64,000 nt of DNA from Octopus sinensis (GCF_006345805.1 NC_043009.1:64914001-64978000), one strand, 5' to 3'; counted from the stretch's first letter, positions 27,735-56,725 are shown. Program-made: numbers and translations. Notes: generated by a model from the sequence alone, not told the origin.

Positions 27735-28106
27735 TCTCTCTATATATAAACGGCAAAATGTCTGTCTGTGTGTTTGTGTATCCTTTATACAATTCTACAA
27801 TCTTTCAGTTAGAGGGCTCGTACTTTCTATGGTCATTCAAAACCGTCCAAGGGTAGTCGTGCATATCTTTACATTTACCCAGTCACCCCGTAAAGCCATT
27901 GAAAAATCAATAGAAGTGACGGTTTTGTGAATTTTCTATCCAAAACCCAATCAAAATGCCCGAAACTTGATACGCCAATTGAATACCAGCTAGCTGTATG
28001 TGATTGGTCGGAGATTTGGACAGTACTCGCGTGTATGCGCGCACGCACGCAGCTGTATATACATGCACTAGCACTATGATCCGGCGTTGCCGGGTCATAG
28101 TGCTAG
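27735..28106 (+). mobile_element. Non-autonomous Helitron (372 bp)
   Basis: A|TCTCTCTATATATAAACGGC 5' end; CCGGCGTTGCCGG hairpin; CTAG|T 3' end. Confidence 0.75.
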
Positions 28107-28371
28107 TAGAAGAATAAAACAAGAACGAAATGAAGAGAGAAGTGAGAATTATAAACATAGAACGGAACGCCTTTCGGTCATACAAAGCTCGGAAAATAAT
28201 TGGACGTTACAAATACGAATAGATAAATAACAGGAAGGGTCTTTTGACCATCGGACGAATGTAAAGTTATCAAAGAATGCAAGTGCAACGGAAGAAAAAT
28301 TATACATATATAATGAACAAAAGCAACAGAAAAAGAAGTATACATACATTATATACATATATATATATGTA

Positions 28372-28673
28372 CAGGTTGCCCTCGATTTACGACCTATCCG
28401 ACTTACGACCGATCGACTTTACGGCGATGTGTTGGATGACCATCATGTCGCGAAGACATCGAGTCAACCTCGTATTTGTTTATAAGACGACTCCTTGAAA
28501 CTCCGAAATTTTTTACTAACGTTGGTATAATAGTATAATACAGAATGCGGTGTGTGACTTTTACCTGAGAATGTACCTTAAGAATGTAAAAATATAAAAC
28601 AAAGCTAGACCTATAGGCCGACTTACGACCAGTCAGTTGGAACCAATTGTGGTCGTAAGTCAATGATGACCAG
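28372..28673. mobile_element. Tigger/pogo-like MITE
   Basis: TA-CAGGTTGCCCTCGATTTACGACC ... GGTCGTAAGTCAATGATGACCAG-TA; repeated ACTTACGACC. Confidence 0.65.
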
Positions 28674-29316
28674 TATATAATGGACAAGCGCCTCTCGGCT
28701 ATACAACAAAAGAAAAAATAACTGTCACATAAATAACGGAAATGGTCTTTCGCTGGCAGAAACGTTAGCACACCGGGCGAAATGCTTAGCGGTATTTCGT
28801 CTGCCGTTACGTTGTGAGTTCAAATTCCGCCGAGGTCGACTTTGCCTTTCATCCTTTCGGGGTCGATAAATTAGGTACCAGTTACGCACTGGGGTCGATG
28901 TAATCGACTTAATCCCTTTGTCTGTCCTTGTTTGTCCCCTCTGTGTTTAGCCCCTTGTGGGTAATAAAGAAATAGGTAAGCTGGCGCAAGGGGAAAAAAA
29001 TGAAAAATCTTAACAGACCGAATGGTGGGTGGGCAGACGAAAGCGACCAGCCTGAAAGGCGGCTAGTCGAAAAAAGACGATAATGTCTTAGCCAGACAGT
29101 GATCCCGTGGTAGGAGAGGGAAAGGGTTGAAGAGAGCAGAGGGACTAAGGAATAAGAGAGGGGAAAAAAATCAGAGTGACTGAAAAATGAGGGGGAGGGA
29201 AGGAGAGTGAGTGAGAGAGAGAGAGAGAGAGGGAGAGAGAGAGGGGGGAGGAAGGAACAGGAGAGAAAAGCGAGTTTTATCTTACCTCGATAAATCAAAG
29301 CTAAGCTAAAATGAAC

Positions 29317-29355
<39 letters not shown>

Positions 29356-29924
29356 TATAAAACATTGTGGGTAAGGCCAAAACAATGCGAAGTAAATGCA
29401 AGGTAAATCACAAGAAAACAAATATGTAAATATGTAAATTAATGTAGATTTACTTTGTATTCAATATTTCGGGGTTATGACACCATTTTCAAGAAATTGA
29501 CAAATATGTATGTATGTGCGTGTCTTTATATACATGTGTGTGTGTGTGTGTGTTTCTTTGAGTCTAGGTTTGTCACTCTCTCCCATCGAATTGAAAACTG
29601 GTTTATGTCCCACTAACTCAGCGGTCGACCACAACAGATAGAATAAGTACAATTAAAAAAAAAATTAAATTAGAGGGAACGAAAAAGAAAGAAGAGAGTA
29701 TAAAAGTATTGGGGGTAGATTTGGCTGATTAAACCCTTTAAGCCAGTGCCCCAGCATGGCCGCAATTCAATTAGTAAAAGGGGGGAAAAAACGACAATAA
29801 ATCGTAAGATCGATAAAATTTGTCTCAGTTGATTTTGATCGATAGAATAAACCGTGCATTCCCGCCAAATTTGTATCATTATATATTTATATATAGTTTT
29901 CTTCTCCAAACAACTTTTGGGTAG

Positions 29925-30265
29925 GGGGCCAGTCGATTAGATCGACCCTAGTACGCAACTGGTACTTAATTTATCGACCCCGAAAGGATGAAAGGCAAAG
30001 TCGACCTCGGCGGATTTTGAACTCAGAACGTACCTATTTCTTTACTGCCCACAAGGAGCTAAACACAGAGAGGACAAACAAGGACAGACAAAGGGATTAA
30101 GTCGATTATATAGACCCCAGTGCGTAACTGGTACTTATTTAATCGACTCCGAAAGGATGAAAGGCAAAGTCGACCTCGGCGGAATTTGAACACAGAACGT
30201 AGCAGCAGACGAAATACCGCTAAGAATTTCGCCCGGCGTGCTAACGTTTCTGCCAGCTCGCCGCC
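29925..30265 (-). mobile_element. SINE family A dimer
   Basis: Reverse complement of head, core and tail, twice. Confidence 0.78.
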
Positions 30266-30530
30266 TTATTATATATTTATATATAGAAATTGTAATTATC
30301 AAATTACCACTAATTGTAATTATTAAAATACTGCTAATTATAATTATGAAAGCAGTCCTAATTTCGCTGCCGTTTACCTATTTAACTGCTTGCCTGCCTG
30401 TTTACTGACTGCCTATAAACCTATTTTCGTTGGCAGCATTCCGTCATTTCATCTCCCTCATATCCTGTTGGGGTGGAGGTGGGGGGGAGAACATATGTCT
30501 TCATTTATTTCCTCTTTTCTCCAGACTTAA

Positions 30531-30763
30531 GGCGGCGAGCTGGCAGAAACGTTAGCACGCCGGGCGAAATGCTTAGCGGTATTTCGTCTGCCGTTACGTT
30601 CTGAGTTCAATTTCCGCCGAGGTCGACTTTGCCTTTCATCCTTTCGGGGTCGATAAATTAAGTACCAGTTACGCACTGGGGTCGATATGATCGACTTAAT
30701 CCGTCTGTCTGTCCTTGCTTGTCTCCTCTGTGTTTGGCCCCTTGTGGGTAGTAAAGAAATAGG
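30531..30763 (+). mobile_element. SINE family A, full monomer
   Basis: Same head, core and tail. Other copies: 2870-3091(-), 7405-7610(-), 11320-11550(+), 28752-28978(+), 32710-32930(+), 49310-49562(-). Confidence 0.88.
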
Positions 30764-31160
30764 TACTCCGTTGGTGATGACGACGAGGGTCGCAGTTGAT
30801 CCGATCAGCGGAACAGCCTGCTCGTGAAATTAACCGAAAAGCGGCTGAGCATTCTACAGACACTCGTACCTGTAATGGAGACCTCAGGGAGATTCGACGT
30901 GACACAGAAGGTAACAAAACTGGCACCTTTTGAATTACAGGTACAACTAATTTTTGCCAGCTGAGTGGACTGGAGCAACGAGAAATAAAGAGTCTTGCTC
31001 AAGGATACAGCGCACCGCCAGGTACCGAACTTTACGATCTTGAACCGAATACTTACCCGGGAAGGACACAGTGGGAATGTAGTTCTTGATACACCTAAAA
31101 ACAATGAGATGGTATTGGGGTTGCCTAATTAAACCTGACCTGTAGTTAAACAACAATAGT

Positions 31161-31544
31161 GGGAAGCACTCCGTCGGTTACGACGATGAGGGTTCCAGTT
31201 GATCCGAATCAACGGAACAGCCTGCTCGTGAAATCAACGTGTAAGTGGCTGAGCACTCCACAGACACGTGTACCCTTAACGAAGTTCTCGGGGATATTCA
31301 GCGTGACACAGAGAGTGATAAGGCCGACCCTTTGAAATACAGGTACAATGGAAACAGGAAGTAAGAGTGAGAGAAAGTTGTGGTGAAAGAGTACAGCAGG
31401 GATCACCACCATCCCCTGCCGGAGCTTCGTGGAGCTTTTAGGTGTTTTTGCTCAGTAAACACTCACAACGCCATGTCTGGGAATCGAAACTGCGATCCTA
31501 TGACCGCGAGTCCGCTGCCCTAACCTCTGGGCTATTGCGCCTCC
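31161..31544 (-). mobile_element. SINE family C, full length, 60 bp upstream of SLC22 exon 1
   Basis: Minus-strand head GGAGGCGCAATAGCCCAGAGGTTAGGGC...GTTTCGATTCCC; tail CGTCGTAACCGACGGAGTGC. Other copies: 16925-17220(+), 30764-31040(-), 34541-34850(-), fragment 1800-1895. Confidence 0.82.
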
Positions 31545-31604
31545 ACACAACAATAGTAATAACATTGACACAATCAATTTACCTAGAATCTCTTCTCGTT
31601 TCAG

Positions 31605-47070
<15,466 letters not shown>

Positions 47071-49962
47071 GATCGACGAGTAATCAGTTTGTGATGAGAA
47101 TTTTATGATGAGAATATTTCAATTCAGATTTTTAACATTCACATTAAACCATACATTTTTGTTATTTTCATGTAAATAGAAAGGATGTATTCGATAACGG
47201 ACACATTACTGATTTTTTGTATCGATGTATCGATCCCGCCGGCATTGACGAATTAAGAAGAAAAGAAAAAGAAGTGAACAAAGCAGCGAAATGAAATTTA
47301 TAATTATGGGATTTGTGACTGGAAACTTAAGAAACCATGTTTAAACACCTCAAGACATATAGTTCAACAATCTACCGTTTATATCTAAATAAGTCTAAAC
47401 TAACAAAAAGGAAAAAAAACCCAACAAAACAAAAACAAAACAGCTTCCATGGCATTGAACAAGAGTTCGATTTTTATCTATAGGACACCTACTGTATGAG
47501 ACGACAGTCTGTTACTGGCATACATCCAGACGATATCCTACAACATATTCTGGACAGTGAAATGAGCCAAACAAAGACGAAATTTTAGGTAAACGAAGTT
47601 AGGTAGACTAGATTAATTCATCATGTGGAATCTCCACTCCTGTGTTTATAAAAATACTCTGAACCCCAAAGAAGTAAGATGATTTCTGCCTCGAGGAATA
47701 GAAAAGATAAAATGAAGGTTCGTTGAAGTTTGATTGCCAAAGCCAGAACATAACTTTTATACTTTTGTGCTTCACCAGTGATTAAAGAAAAGAGAGAATA
47801 TGATGACGTGTACAACACAAACTACAATATTACTTTCTCACTCTACCTCACTATTTGATGAACGACAAACTTAGCTTCTTCACACCTAAAATCATCGAAC
47901 ATTTCTGTCATATTCAGTCTTGTTAATAAAACTTTTCTTTTCAATTTTCTGCATACCTGAAAACATATGAAATCAATTCTTTCCTTTTCGTCCGTAGGAT
48001 TAAGTAAAAGTTTCATCTCGATTAAATACTGCGGTTCACAAAGGGAATGCAACCGTTCTCGGAGATACAAGGTAGGGCCTCAATGTGTTGGCTCAATTTG
48101 CTAAGAATAGCAATTAAATCTCTCTGCTAAATGAAGGACACATTGGATAATATAGTCGAAGATGTACAAAATGTGCGATGGTCATGTGTAGAACGTCTTT
48201 TATCATGCATATGTTACTTTAGAGCAGATTTTCGGATTAAACAAGAAAAACGCCACTATATAGAGCGTGTCATGGTTGTCACAACGTGTGGAGGATTATC
48301 TGTATATATTTATATGCTTACAGTCAGTTTTTATCTGATTCGTGGTGCAAACGATTACTGGTCAACAAAGCCAGCAACAACCAATTAACGACAACAGCAG
48401 TCACAACAACAGTAACGACAAAAATAGCGGTTAAGAGTTTCCAGTAACAACGAAACCGTTACTAAATATTTAACACAAACACTTTTAAAATGAACAAGAA
48501 CGACATGAGCAACAGAGAAAGTCTTTATTCAGAAATAACACCAACATTGATTTAGGAGTGTATGAAATTATAACATCATTGATTGCAGAGTCATGAATAT
48601 CTGTGAAAAAGTGAAACTGGTGGAAAGCGTAAACATTCCATTTTTATTCCAAGTTTACCATAAACATTTTAGTACATTTTCTTTATTCTGTTATTCTTGT
48701 TATAGTCATTTGACTACGGCCATGCCGGAGCACCGCCTTTAGTCGAGCAGGACTTATTCTTTGTAAGCCCAGTACTTATTCCATAGGTCTCTTTTGCCGA
48801 ACCGCTACGTTACGGAGACATAAACACACCTGTATCGGTTGTCAAGCGATGTTGGGGGGGGGGGAGGGAAAACACACACTCACAAACATATACACACATA
48901 TATACACACATACATACATATATATACACATATATACGACGGGCTTCTTTCAGTTTCCGTCTACCAAATCCACTCACAAGGCTTTGGTCGGCCTGAGGCT
49001 ATAGTAGAAGACACTTGCCCAAGGTGCCACGCAGTGGGACTGAACCCAGAACCATGTGGTTCGTAAGCAAGCTACTTACCACGCAGCCACTCCTGCGCTT
49101 GTATTCAGCATAATTTAACACTTCAGTATTGTTTTACGTGCCACCGGCATGGGAGCCAGCCAGGAGGCACTGGCATCGGACGCCGGAGAATGGTTGTGAA
49201 GACAGTTTTAGAAAATCGAGTAAAATATCCCTACAGACAGAAAACAAATGTGGCCTGCATCTACGACATTAAATCGCAGTCTGTACCTCGCAGATTCCGA
49301 CTGAGCGCTGTGTACCTATTTGTTTACTACACACAAGGGGCTAAACACAGAAGGAACAAACAAGGACAGACAAACGGATTAAGTCGATTATATCAACCCC
49401 AGTGGTACTTAATTTATCGACCCCAGTGGTACTTAATTCATCGACCCCGAAAGAATGAAAGGCAAAGTCGACCTCGGCGGAATTTGAACTCAGAACGTAA
49501 CGGCAGACGAAATACGGCTACGCATTTCGCCCGGCGTGCTAACGGTTCTGCCTTTTCACCGCCATAGCGCTGTGTGCCATTTAGTCACACGACTACTGAG
49601 AGGGGAGTCTGTCCTTTATAGATTCAAATATGAGCTTCAGTCTTCATGTTTATTGATAAAAAAAAATGTTCTCACATTTGAAAAGCTAATAAACAGTGTT
49701 ATAAACGGCGAACCCTGTTTTAGCTCAGTCATGCAGAGCGCACAACCGAAGTCTGAGACTTACAAAGTTCAATTCTCTGTAGTGGTCGCTGCTCACTTTC
49801 TTTCCGCTTATTTAGGCTATTTTACCCGATATCCTAAAGCTATTTTCACAGCTATTTACTTGTGTCTATGATTTTTCTTCAATTCTAAAAATATTTCACC
49901 CCTTACTTAACGCCTCAACACACACACACACACACACACACACACCACACACACACACACAT

Positions 49963-50135
49963 ACAGGGGTTGGACGAAATAATGGAAACCCCTTAAAATT
50001 ACAAACAAATTTATTTTAATATGGGGTAGGACCGCTTTTGGCAGGAAGTACAGCTTGAATTCTATGAGGTATAGACTCGTACAAAGTCTGAATTGTTTCT
50101 AAAGGAATTTTTGTCCATTCTTCAGTTAAAACAGT
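49963..50135 (+). mobile_element. Tc1-like left end
   Basis: TA-CAGGGGTTGGACGAAATAATGGAAAC terminus followed by Tc1-like subterminal sequence; family recalled from memory. Confidence 0.5.
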
Positions 50136-51971
50136 ATTTCCCCAGGCCATCTCTAACTTAATAGCACTACCTGGTAAACTCATTCAAATCAGGAACCGGA
50201 CAACATGGCCTACTCTAGGTGAGAGTTATTGTTTATGGAGACGTATCCGCGTGTAGGAGGTTTATCCAGAATTTCTTGAAGGAATTTATCCAAAGACTAC
50301 TTGAAATTTATGGGGCCTGCTTCTGCTTTAATGTGTTTTTGCTGTAATGTTAAAGTGAGCGGGATGAAATTGATGTGAAATGATTGTACCGTATTGTTGT
50401 TATGTGATACGAGTATGATTTATGTCGCGGGCGGATAGCACGGAATCCAAGTCTTCGGAGTATCTTAAAGGCCATGCCAATATCATTTGGGCAACGCTGA
50501 TGGAATATTTCCCACATCAGGCGACTTGCTCGAAACAGCAGCAAAATATCTCATAATTTATACGCTGTTGTTTTAAATATGATATGAAACATCTTACATG
50601 TCTTAGAAGCTTTCAAATGTTTGGTGAAACTTAAGTTCTTTTTATTTTCTTTGGAAACCTGAATTCAGTTCGATAGAATTTTCTTTAAATAAAAATGAAC
50701 ATTTCTGAAAGAAATGAAGCATATTTCTACATTTGTTCTTATTGTTGTTGTTGTTGTTGTTGTTATTGTTGCTTAACTCCAAATGTGCCCTGCTGGAGCA
50801 AACATGTTATCAAAGTTTACCCTGCAATCGCCACCGCCACCGGCACCACTCACCACCACATCCCTCACATTATCATTGGTTGCAACACCTTCATCGTTAC
50901 TAACGTGACCACGACCACCACCACTGAAACAACAACTTGACGGCCTGCGGCAGATGAATGATAATAATCAATCATTATGTTAGGAAATGGTGGATGGTCT
51001 GTGATGGTAAAACATTATTCACTGGAGAAGACGAGGGATCTAATGTTGGTGGGTAACAGTAAACCCTACTAAAAAAATAGTTAGAGACATCGCCCTTGCG
51101 CACACATGCACTCGCACACACACACACGCACACACACACACACACACACACAATTAAGTAGAGAATCTAGTGGTGATCTGCGAGTCTGAGCAGTTTATGA
51201 AGATATGTGACGGCAACGACCCGTCTCTCTGACCAAATTAATACAAATGAATTAGAATTGATCTGAGTGAGAGGAATTCTGTAATTGGTCTTTGACAACC
51301 AAAAAGAATTAAAAGAAGGAAGAAATTATAAAATAAGATCTGATACTCACTCAATAAGTTCTGAGGTTTTGGCATTGGACAAAGCTCTCCTCTCAGCTGT
51401 AGAAATGAGTTGTGACATTAGTGGTGCCAAGCTGTATCGGCCCCTTTGCCTTTCCCTTGGATAACATCGGTGGCGTGAAAAGGGGAGGTTGGTATGCACA
51501 GGTGACTGTTGGTCTTCTATAAATAAACTTGCTCGACCTTTCGGAAGGTAACTTTCTAGGTGCAAGCCCAGGGTCATTCGTGACCGAAAGGGGTTCTTTA
51601 CCCTTTACAATTTATGCATATATGTATACGTACATATATGTACGTGTGTAACTCTGTGTGTGTGTGTATGTGTGTGCGTGCGACTGTATATATGTGTATG
51701 TACATCTCGTCAGCAGTTGCAGGCCATAGTCACCCGCTAACTACAGGAAATTAGAATTAACCCATAAAATTCCACCTTTTAACTGTGCTCCGCCATCCAA
51801 AACGCCAAGGAAGAAATCTTGTTCGGAATGAGTTTATCCCAACACTCTGAATGAATTTTCTTCAGTGAAAGGCCATCAGATTTATAGTGACAGGGACATA
51901 ACTCTTCAAAGCTATATGCTTCTCATTATCTTCCTTACATCATTCACTGGGAGATTATTATTATATTATAT

Positions 51972-52189
51972 CAGCGGTTTTCAACCAGGGTTCCTAGGAA
52001 CCTTAGGGTTCCGCCAGTACAGTCCAGGGGTTCCGCAAGAAGTTACAAAACTGCTAAAATCGGCAGTAATTTTTAATTCTCCTGTGCAGATATATGTGAA
52101 GAAGACTATTAAATTATTGCACAGGGGTTCCTCGAGCCAGTGAAATGTTTTCTTGGGGTTCCGCTCCAGCAAAAAGGTTGAAAACACTG
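51972..52189. mobile_element. hAT-type MITE with perfect 8-bp TSD
   Basis: TIRs CAGCGGTTTTCAACC / GGTTGAAAACACTG; TATTATAT at 51964-51971 and 52190-52197. Confidence 0.85.
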
Positions 52190-52199
52190 TATTATATTA

Positions 52200-52405
52200 T
52201 AGCCCTCGCCATATCGCGGTTCACCAATCGCGGTTCACCTACCGCGGTTTATTATTTAAGCTTACACCGATTCCTCCATGGTGTTGTTTTGCATTTATAA
52301 TAAAATAAATATATACAAATTATAAACATAATAATATAAAAATACTGTACAGAACTGTTTCTACTTCGCGGATTTTCACCTATCGCGGGTGGCTTTGGAA
52401 CGTAC
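52200..52405. mobile_element. Tigger/pogo-like MITE, right end truncated
   Basis: CCCTCGCCATATCGCGGTTCAC start and TTCACCTATCGCGGG subterminal motif. Confidence 0.45.
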
Positions 52406-52929
52406 CTTATTGACCCCCAGAAAGTTGAATGCCAAAATTGATCTACACGGGGAGAAAACTCAGAACGTCAAATAACTTGAACAAAATCAGCGATGCATCT
52501 GCTAATTCGCTGCCACGCAGTTCGGGCATTCCTTGTCATAACAATTTTAGTAACGAAATATTAGCGTAATGTAAAATAGAGGCACTTATTAAAAAATGGT
52601 ACTGCCAAATCCCTGGAACAATCGAGACAAACCCGTCCATTATTACTATGATTTATATTTTATTATTATTGTTGTTGTTATTGTTAAATATCTAGAAATA
52701 CTAATTAATCGTCAAATTTTGTTACATGTAATTTTGTTTTGTTGTTCAATTTTAGCAGGTACAGCCACCATATAGAGAATTAACATTATCTTAGCTGTTT
52801 CTATCTATCTAATATGGTATTTCGAATGCATTTCTTTCGAATGTGTTCATTTCGTCGACTAACCTGTTCCGCTCATTACGGTTTCATTAAAATAAATCAC
52901 AGAGCAGGGTTTATGTCTCATATTTTCCA

Positions 52930-53890
52930 ATGCTTCCAGTTATTTGCATAATTGAGAAGGACCTGTGTATAGGAAACTTCCCCTATACTAAATAGGAAAT
53001 ATTCATAGAAGATAAACCTCCAAACCCACAGTTTACACAGGTAGAGTAGAATAGTTAGTGAGCTGTTATGTAGATAGATGTATGTATGTGTGTGCTGGTG
53101 TATGTATGTATATATGCACATGTATGCAAGCATATGGATATGAAAATAAACAGATCAAAATACAGACAGATAGGTACATAGGTTATAAGAACAGACAAGC
53201 ACTTGATACGCAAATGGAGACTGAAACACATGACCATATATACAAACACACTTTACTCCACACAAGGACATATGTGGAGACACGGGTCCACACATATAGA
53301 GATGCACATCCATACATACACACATGGTACATAGTTGCAAAATACACACACACACACACACACACAAACACTCAGGTGCATACATATATAAACACACACA
53401 TACATAAAAAATATACAAACACGGACATGCAAGCACATGAATATGCAGAATACATACATACAGATGCACACACATACATACATATATATGCATATGCATA
53501 CGCACACATATATACATACATACACACATACATACATGCATATATACATACATACATACGTACATACATACATACATACATACATACATACATACATACA
53601 TACATACATACATACATACGTACATACACACATACACACATACATACATGCATACATACATACGTACATACACACATACACACAGAGTCAGTTATTTACT
53701 GATTCTATTGAAAAGATTGCAAGACGCAACGAAAAGTTTTAAGAAAATAAAAATTAGAAATAAATGGAAATTTTACCTGTGAGTGTGTTAAATTATAAGG
53801 CACAAAAAGAAAATGACTCTCCCCAAACACAACGGAATATGCTTCAACACACGAACTCACAAAAAGAATCTTGCAAACCAAATCCAAAAA
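52930..53890 (+). repeat. Inverted duplicate of 61690-63030
   Basis: Shared unique-looking blocks (CACAGTTTACACAGGTAGAGTAGAATAGTTAGT; GGAGACACGGGTCCACACATATAGAGATGCAC; AAGGCACAAAAAGAAAATGA) in opposite orientation. Confidence 0.8.
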
Positions 53891-54089
53891 CGAAATGTGT
53901 GTGTGTGTCTATATATATATATATATTATATATATATATATAAAATAAATATAAGAGAGTGGTCACTATATGGCTCACTCTAGCACTAGTTAATCCAAAA
54001 GGTTTCAACCACAAAAATACATGTTTCCCATGAAAGTCAGTACGATTGTTAGCTCACACGAACAGGGCAAATAAAAAATAACAAAAATA

Positions 54090-54185
54090 CAGATTATTTT
54101 GGGACAATTGTTTCGCTATTAATGAATTAAATGTAATTTTACTTACAAAAAAATCCACTTGTAGCTCCTCAGCCAAAACTATCTG
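54090..54185 (-). ncRNA. Type I hammerhead ribozyme (family A, inverted copy)
   Basis: Reverse complement of the 54589 motif, core intact. Confidence 0.83.
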
Positions 54186-54588
54186 GATGAAATCCACTCA
54201 ATCACACGCCAGATTTTACCATAACGATAAATACGCGTGTGGTTCAATTGATAACTAGTGCTAGAGTGAGCCATATAGTGACCACTCTCTTATATTTATT
54301 TTGTAAAAATATTATAATATATTATAAAATATTATAATAATCCAGGTTTCTCGGAGCACTAGGCCACTTGGTGTAGAATAGATATACTATTAAATTAGTA
54401 TCTAATTCTCTCACCCTTATTAATTAATTATAATTATGCTGCATTTATTTCTAAATGCTGGTTGTTTTCCGTGAAATTGGCGCGCTGTTAGTTGGGGCAT
54501 TTGAATTATAACGTCGGATGTAATCAATTGAACCACACGCGTATTTATCATTATGGTAAAATCTGGCGCGTGATTGAGTGGATTCATC

Positions 54589-54684
54589 CAGATAGTTTTG
54601 GCTGAGGAGCTACAAGTGGATTTTTTTGTAAGTAAAATTACATTTAATTCATTAATAGCGAAACAATTGTCCCAAAATAATCTG
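54589..54684 (+). ncRNA. Type I hammerhead ribozyme (family A), predicted cleavage after 54671 (GUC)
   Basis: CAGATAGTTTTGG-CTGAGGA-GCTA(43 nt)TAGC-GAAA-CAATTG-TC-CCAAAATAATCTG: full core, G10.1-C11.1 pair, palindromic stem III ACAATTGT, 13-position stem I with a 2x2 internal loop. Confidence 0.85.
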
Positions 54685-55121
54685 TATTTTTGTTATTTTT
54701 TATTTGCCCTGTTCGTGGGAGCTAACAATCGTACTGACTTCATGGGAAACATGTATTTTTGTGGTTGAAAACTTTTGGATTAACTAGTGCTAGAGTGAGC
54801 CATATAGTGACCACTCTCTTATATTATTTTGTAAAAATATTATAATATATTATAAAATATTATAATAATCCAGGTTTCTCGGAGCACTAGGCCCCTTGGT
54901 GTAGAATAGATATACTATTAAATTAGTATCTAATTCTCTCACCCTTATTAATTATTATAATTATGCTGCATTTATTTCTAAATGCTGTATTTTGTTTTCC
55001 GTGAAAATTTGGCGCGCTGTTAGTTGGGGCATTTGAATTATAACGTCGGATGTAATCAATTGAACCACACGCGTATTTATCGTTCTGGTAAAATCTGGCG
55101 TGTGATTGAGTGGATTTCATC

Positions 55122-55215
55122 CAGATAGTTTTGGTTGAGGAGCTACAATGGATTTTTTTGTAATAAAATTACATTTAATTCATTAATAGCGAAACAATTG
55201 TCCCAAAATAATCTG
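55122..55215 (+). ncRNA. Type I hammerhead ribozyme (family A) with C3-to-U core change
   Basis: Same fold but the core reads TTGAGGA; either an inactive copy or a base-calling error. Confidence 0.6.
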
Positions 55216-56307
55216 TATTTTTGTTATTTTTTATTTGCCCTGTTCGTGTGAGCTAACAATCGTACTGACTTTCATGGGAACATGTATTTTTGTGGTTGAA
55301 ACCTTTTGGATTAACTAGTGCTAGAGTGAGCCATATAGTGACCACTCTCTTATATTTATTTTGGTAAAAATATTATAATATATATATATAAATATTATAA
55401 TAATCCAGGTTTCTCGGAGCACTAGGCCACTTGGTGTAGAATAGATATACTATTAAATTAGTATCTAATTCTCTCACCCTTATTAATTAATTATATATAT
55501 ATATATATATACATACGGCCGGCTTCTTTCAGTTTCCGTCCACTAAATCCACGAGCATGGCTTTTATTGACCCAAAGCTATAGTAGTAGACACTTTCCAC
55601 CATGACACGCATCGGGAGTGAACCCGCAATCCTGTAGTTGGGAACACATGTGAACATATTAAATGTTTTCCTGAATAACTTCTTAAAGCTTTCTACATTA
55701 AAATATCTAGAAACACTGGTTTAATTATGATAATTTATGCGAATGGCATCTCTGAGTAATTGACTTCTGGTTTTTATTTTCTCAATATGTTAATTTTTAC
55801 GATTATTTTTGTTCCGTATTTTACATTTGTTTAGTGATTCTTTCGTCAGTCGACAAATGCAGTTAATCTGTTCTTCGACGGTTTAATAAGACTGAAAAAT
55901 GACACAAATTGTCTCCCTTACTTGCAGAAATGCTTTAATTAATATTGATAAGCTAGGTGTTCTGGAGAAGTAGAGAAATCGATTACATCAACCCCAATGT
56001 CTAACTGGTACTTATTTTATCAACTCCGAAAGAGATGAACGGCAAAGTCACTCTCGGCAGAATTGAAACAAAGAAAATAAAGTCGGAAGAAATGTCGCCA
56101 AGCACTTCATCCGGCAGAGTAATGATTCTCCCATCTCGCCGTTTTAATACTTAAAATACTATTAGTCATTAAATAAATGTTGTCATTTGATCATCGCGTA
56201 ATTAGTTTTAATGGTTACTGGATTAAATACCGAAACACCAACCGAATTATGGTTTCTCATGTTGCTGTCGCTAATGTGTTTGTGTGTTTTTGGTATTTGC
56301 CAGGGAA

Positions 56308-56725
56308 AGGCGGCGAGCTGGCAGAAACGTTAGCACGCCGGGCGAAATGCTTTGCAGTATTTCGTCCGCCGTTACGTTCTGAGTTCAAATTCCGCCGAGG
56401 TCGACTTTGCCTTTCATCCTTTCGGGGTCGATTAAATAAGTACCAGTTACGCACTGGGGTCGATATAATCGACTTAATCCGTTTGTCTGTCCTTGTTTGT
56501 CTCCTCTGTGTTTAGCCCCTTGTGGGTAGTAAAGAAATAGGTATTTCGTCCGCCGCTGCGTTCTGAGTTCAAATTCCGCCGAGGTCGACTTTGCCTTTCA
56601 TCCTTTCGGGGTCGATGAATTAAGTACCAGTTACGCACACTGGAGTCGATATAATCGACTTAATCCGTTTGTCTGTCCTTGTTTGTCCCCTCTGTGTTTA
56701 GCCCCTTGTGGGTAGTAAAGAAATA
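56308..56725 (+). mobile_element. SINE family A head-to-tail dimer with 16-bp TSD
   Basis: tRNA-like head GGCGGCGAGCTGGCAGAAACGTTAGC...GAGTTCAAATTCC; core GTCGACTTTGCCTTTCATCCTTTCGGGGTCGA; GGTATTTGCCAGGGAA at 56292-56307 and 56726-56741. Confidence 0.88.

Larger units (their letters stand above)
53941..55495. mobile_element. Hammerhead-bearing tandem array, family A (about 530-bp unit; retrozyme or Penelope pseudo-LTR-like)
   Basis: Unit marker AACTAGTGCTAGAG at 54253, 54782 and 55313 (periods 529 and 531); 53941-54252 is an inverted partial copy; both ends abut (TA)n; no long ORF. Confidence 0.85.

Noticed and set aside
31442-31604. N-terminal extension of the SLC22 ORF as given in the track
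   Set aside because: It starts at a GTG inside the antisense SINE C copy and runs through a polypyrimidine acceptor, so it is intronic or upstream sequence.
54700-55400. Indel differences among family A copies as evidence of age
   Set aside because: Most are homopolymer-length changes typical of long-read errors, so divergence cannot be dated by eye.
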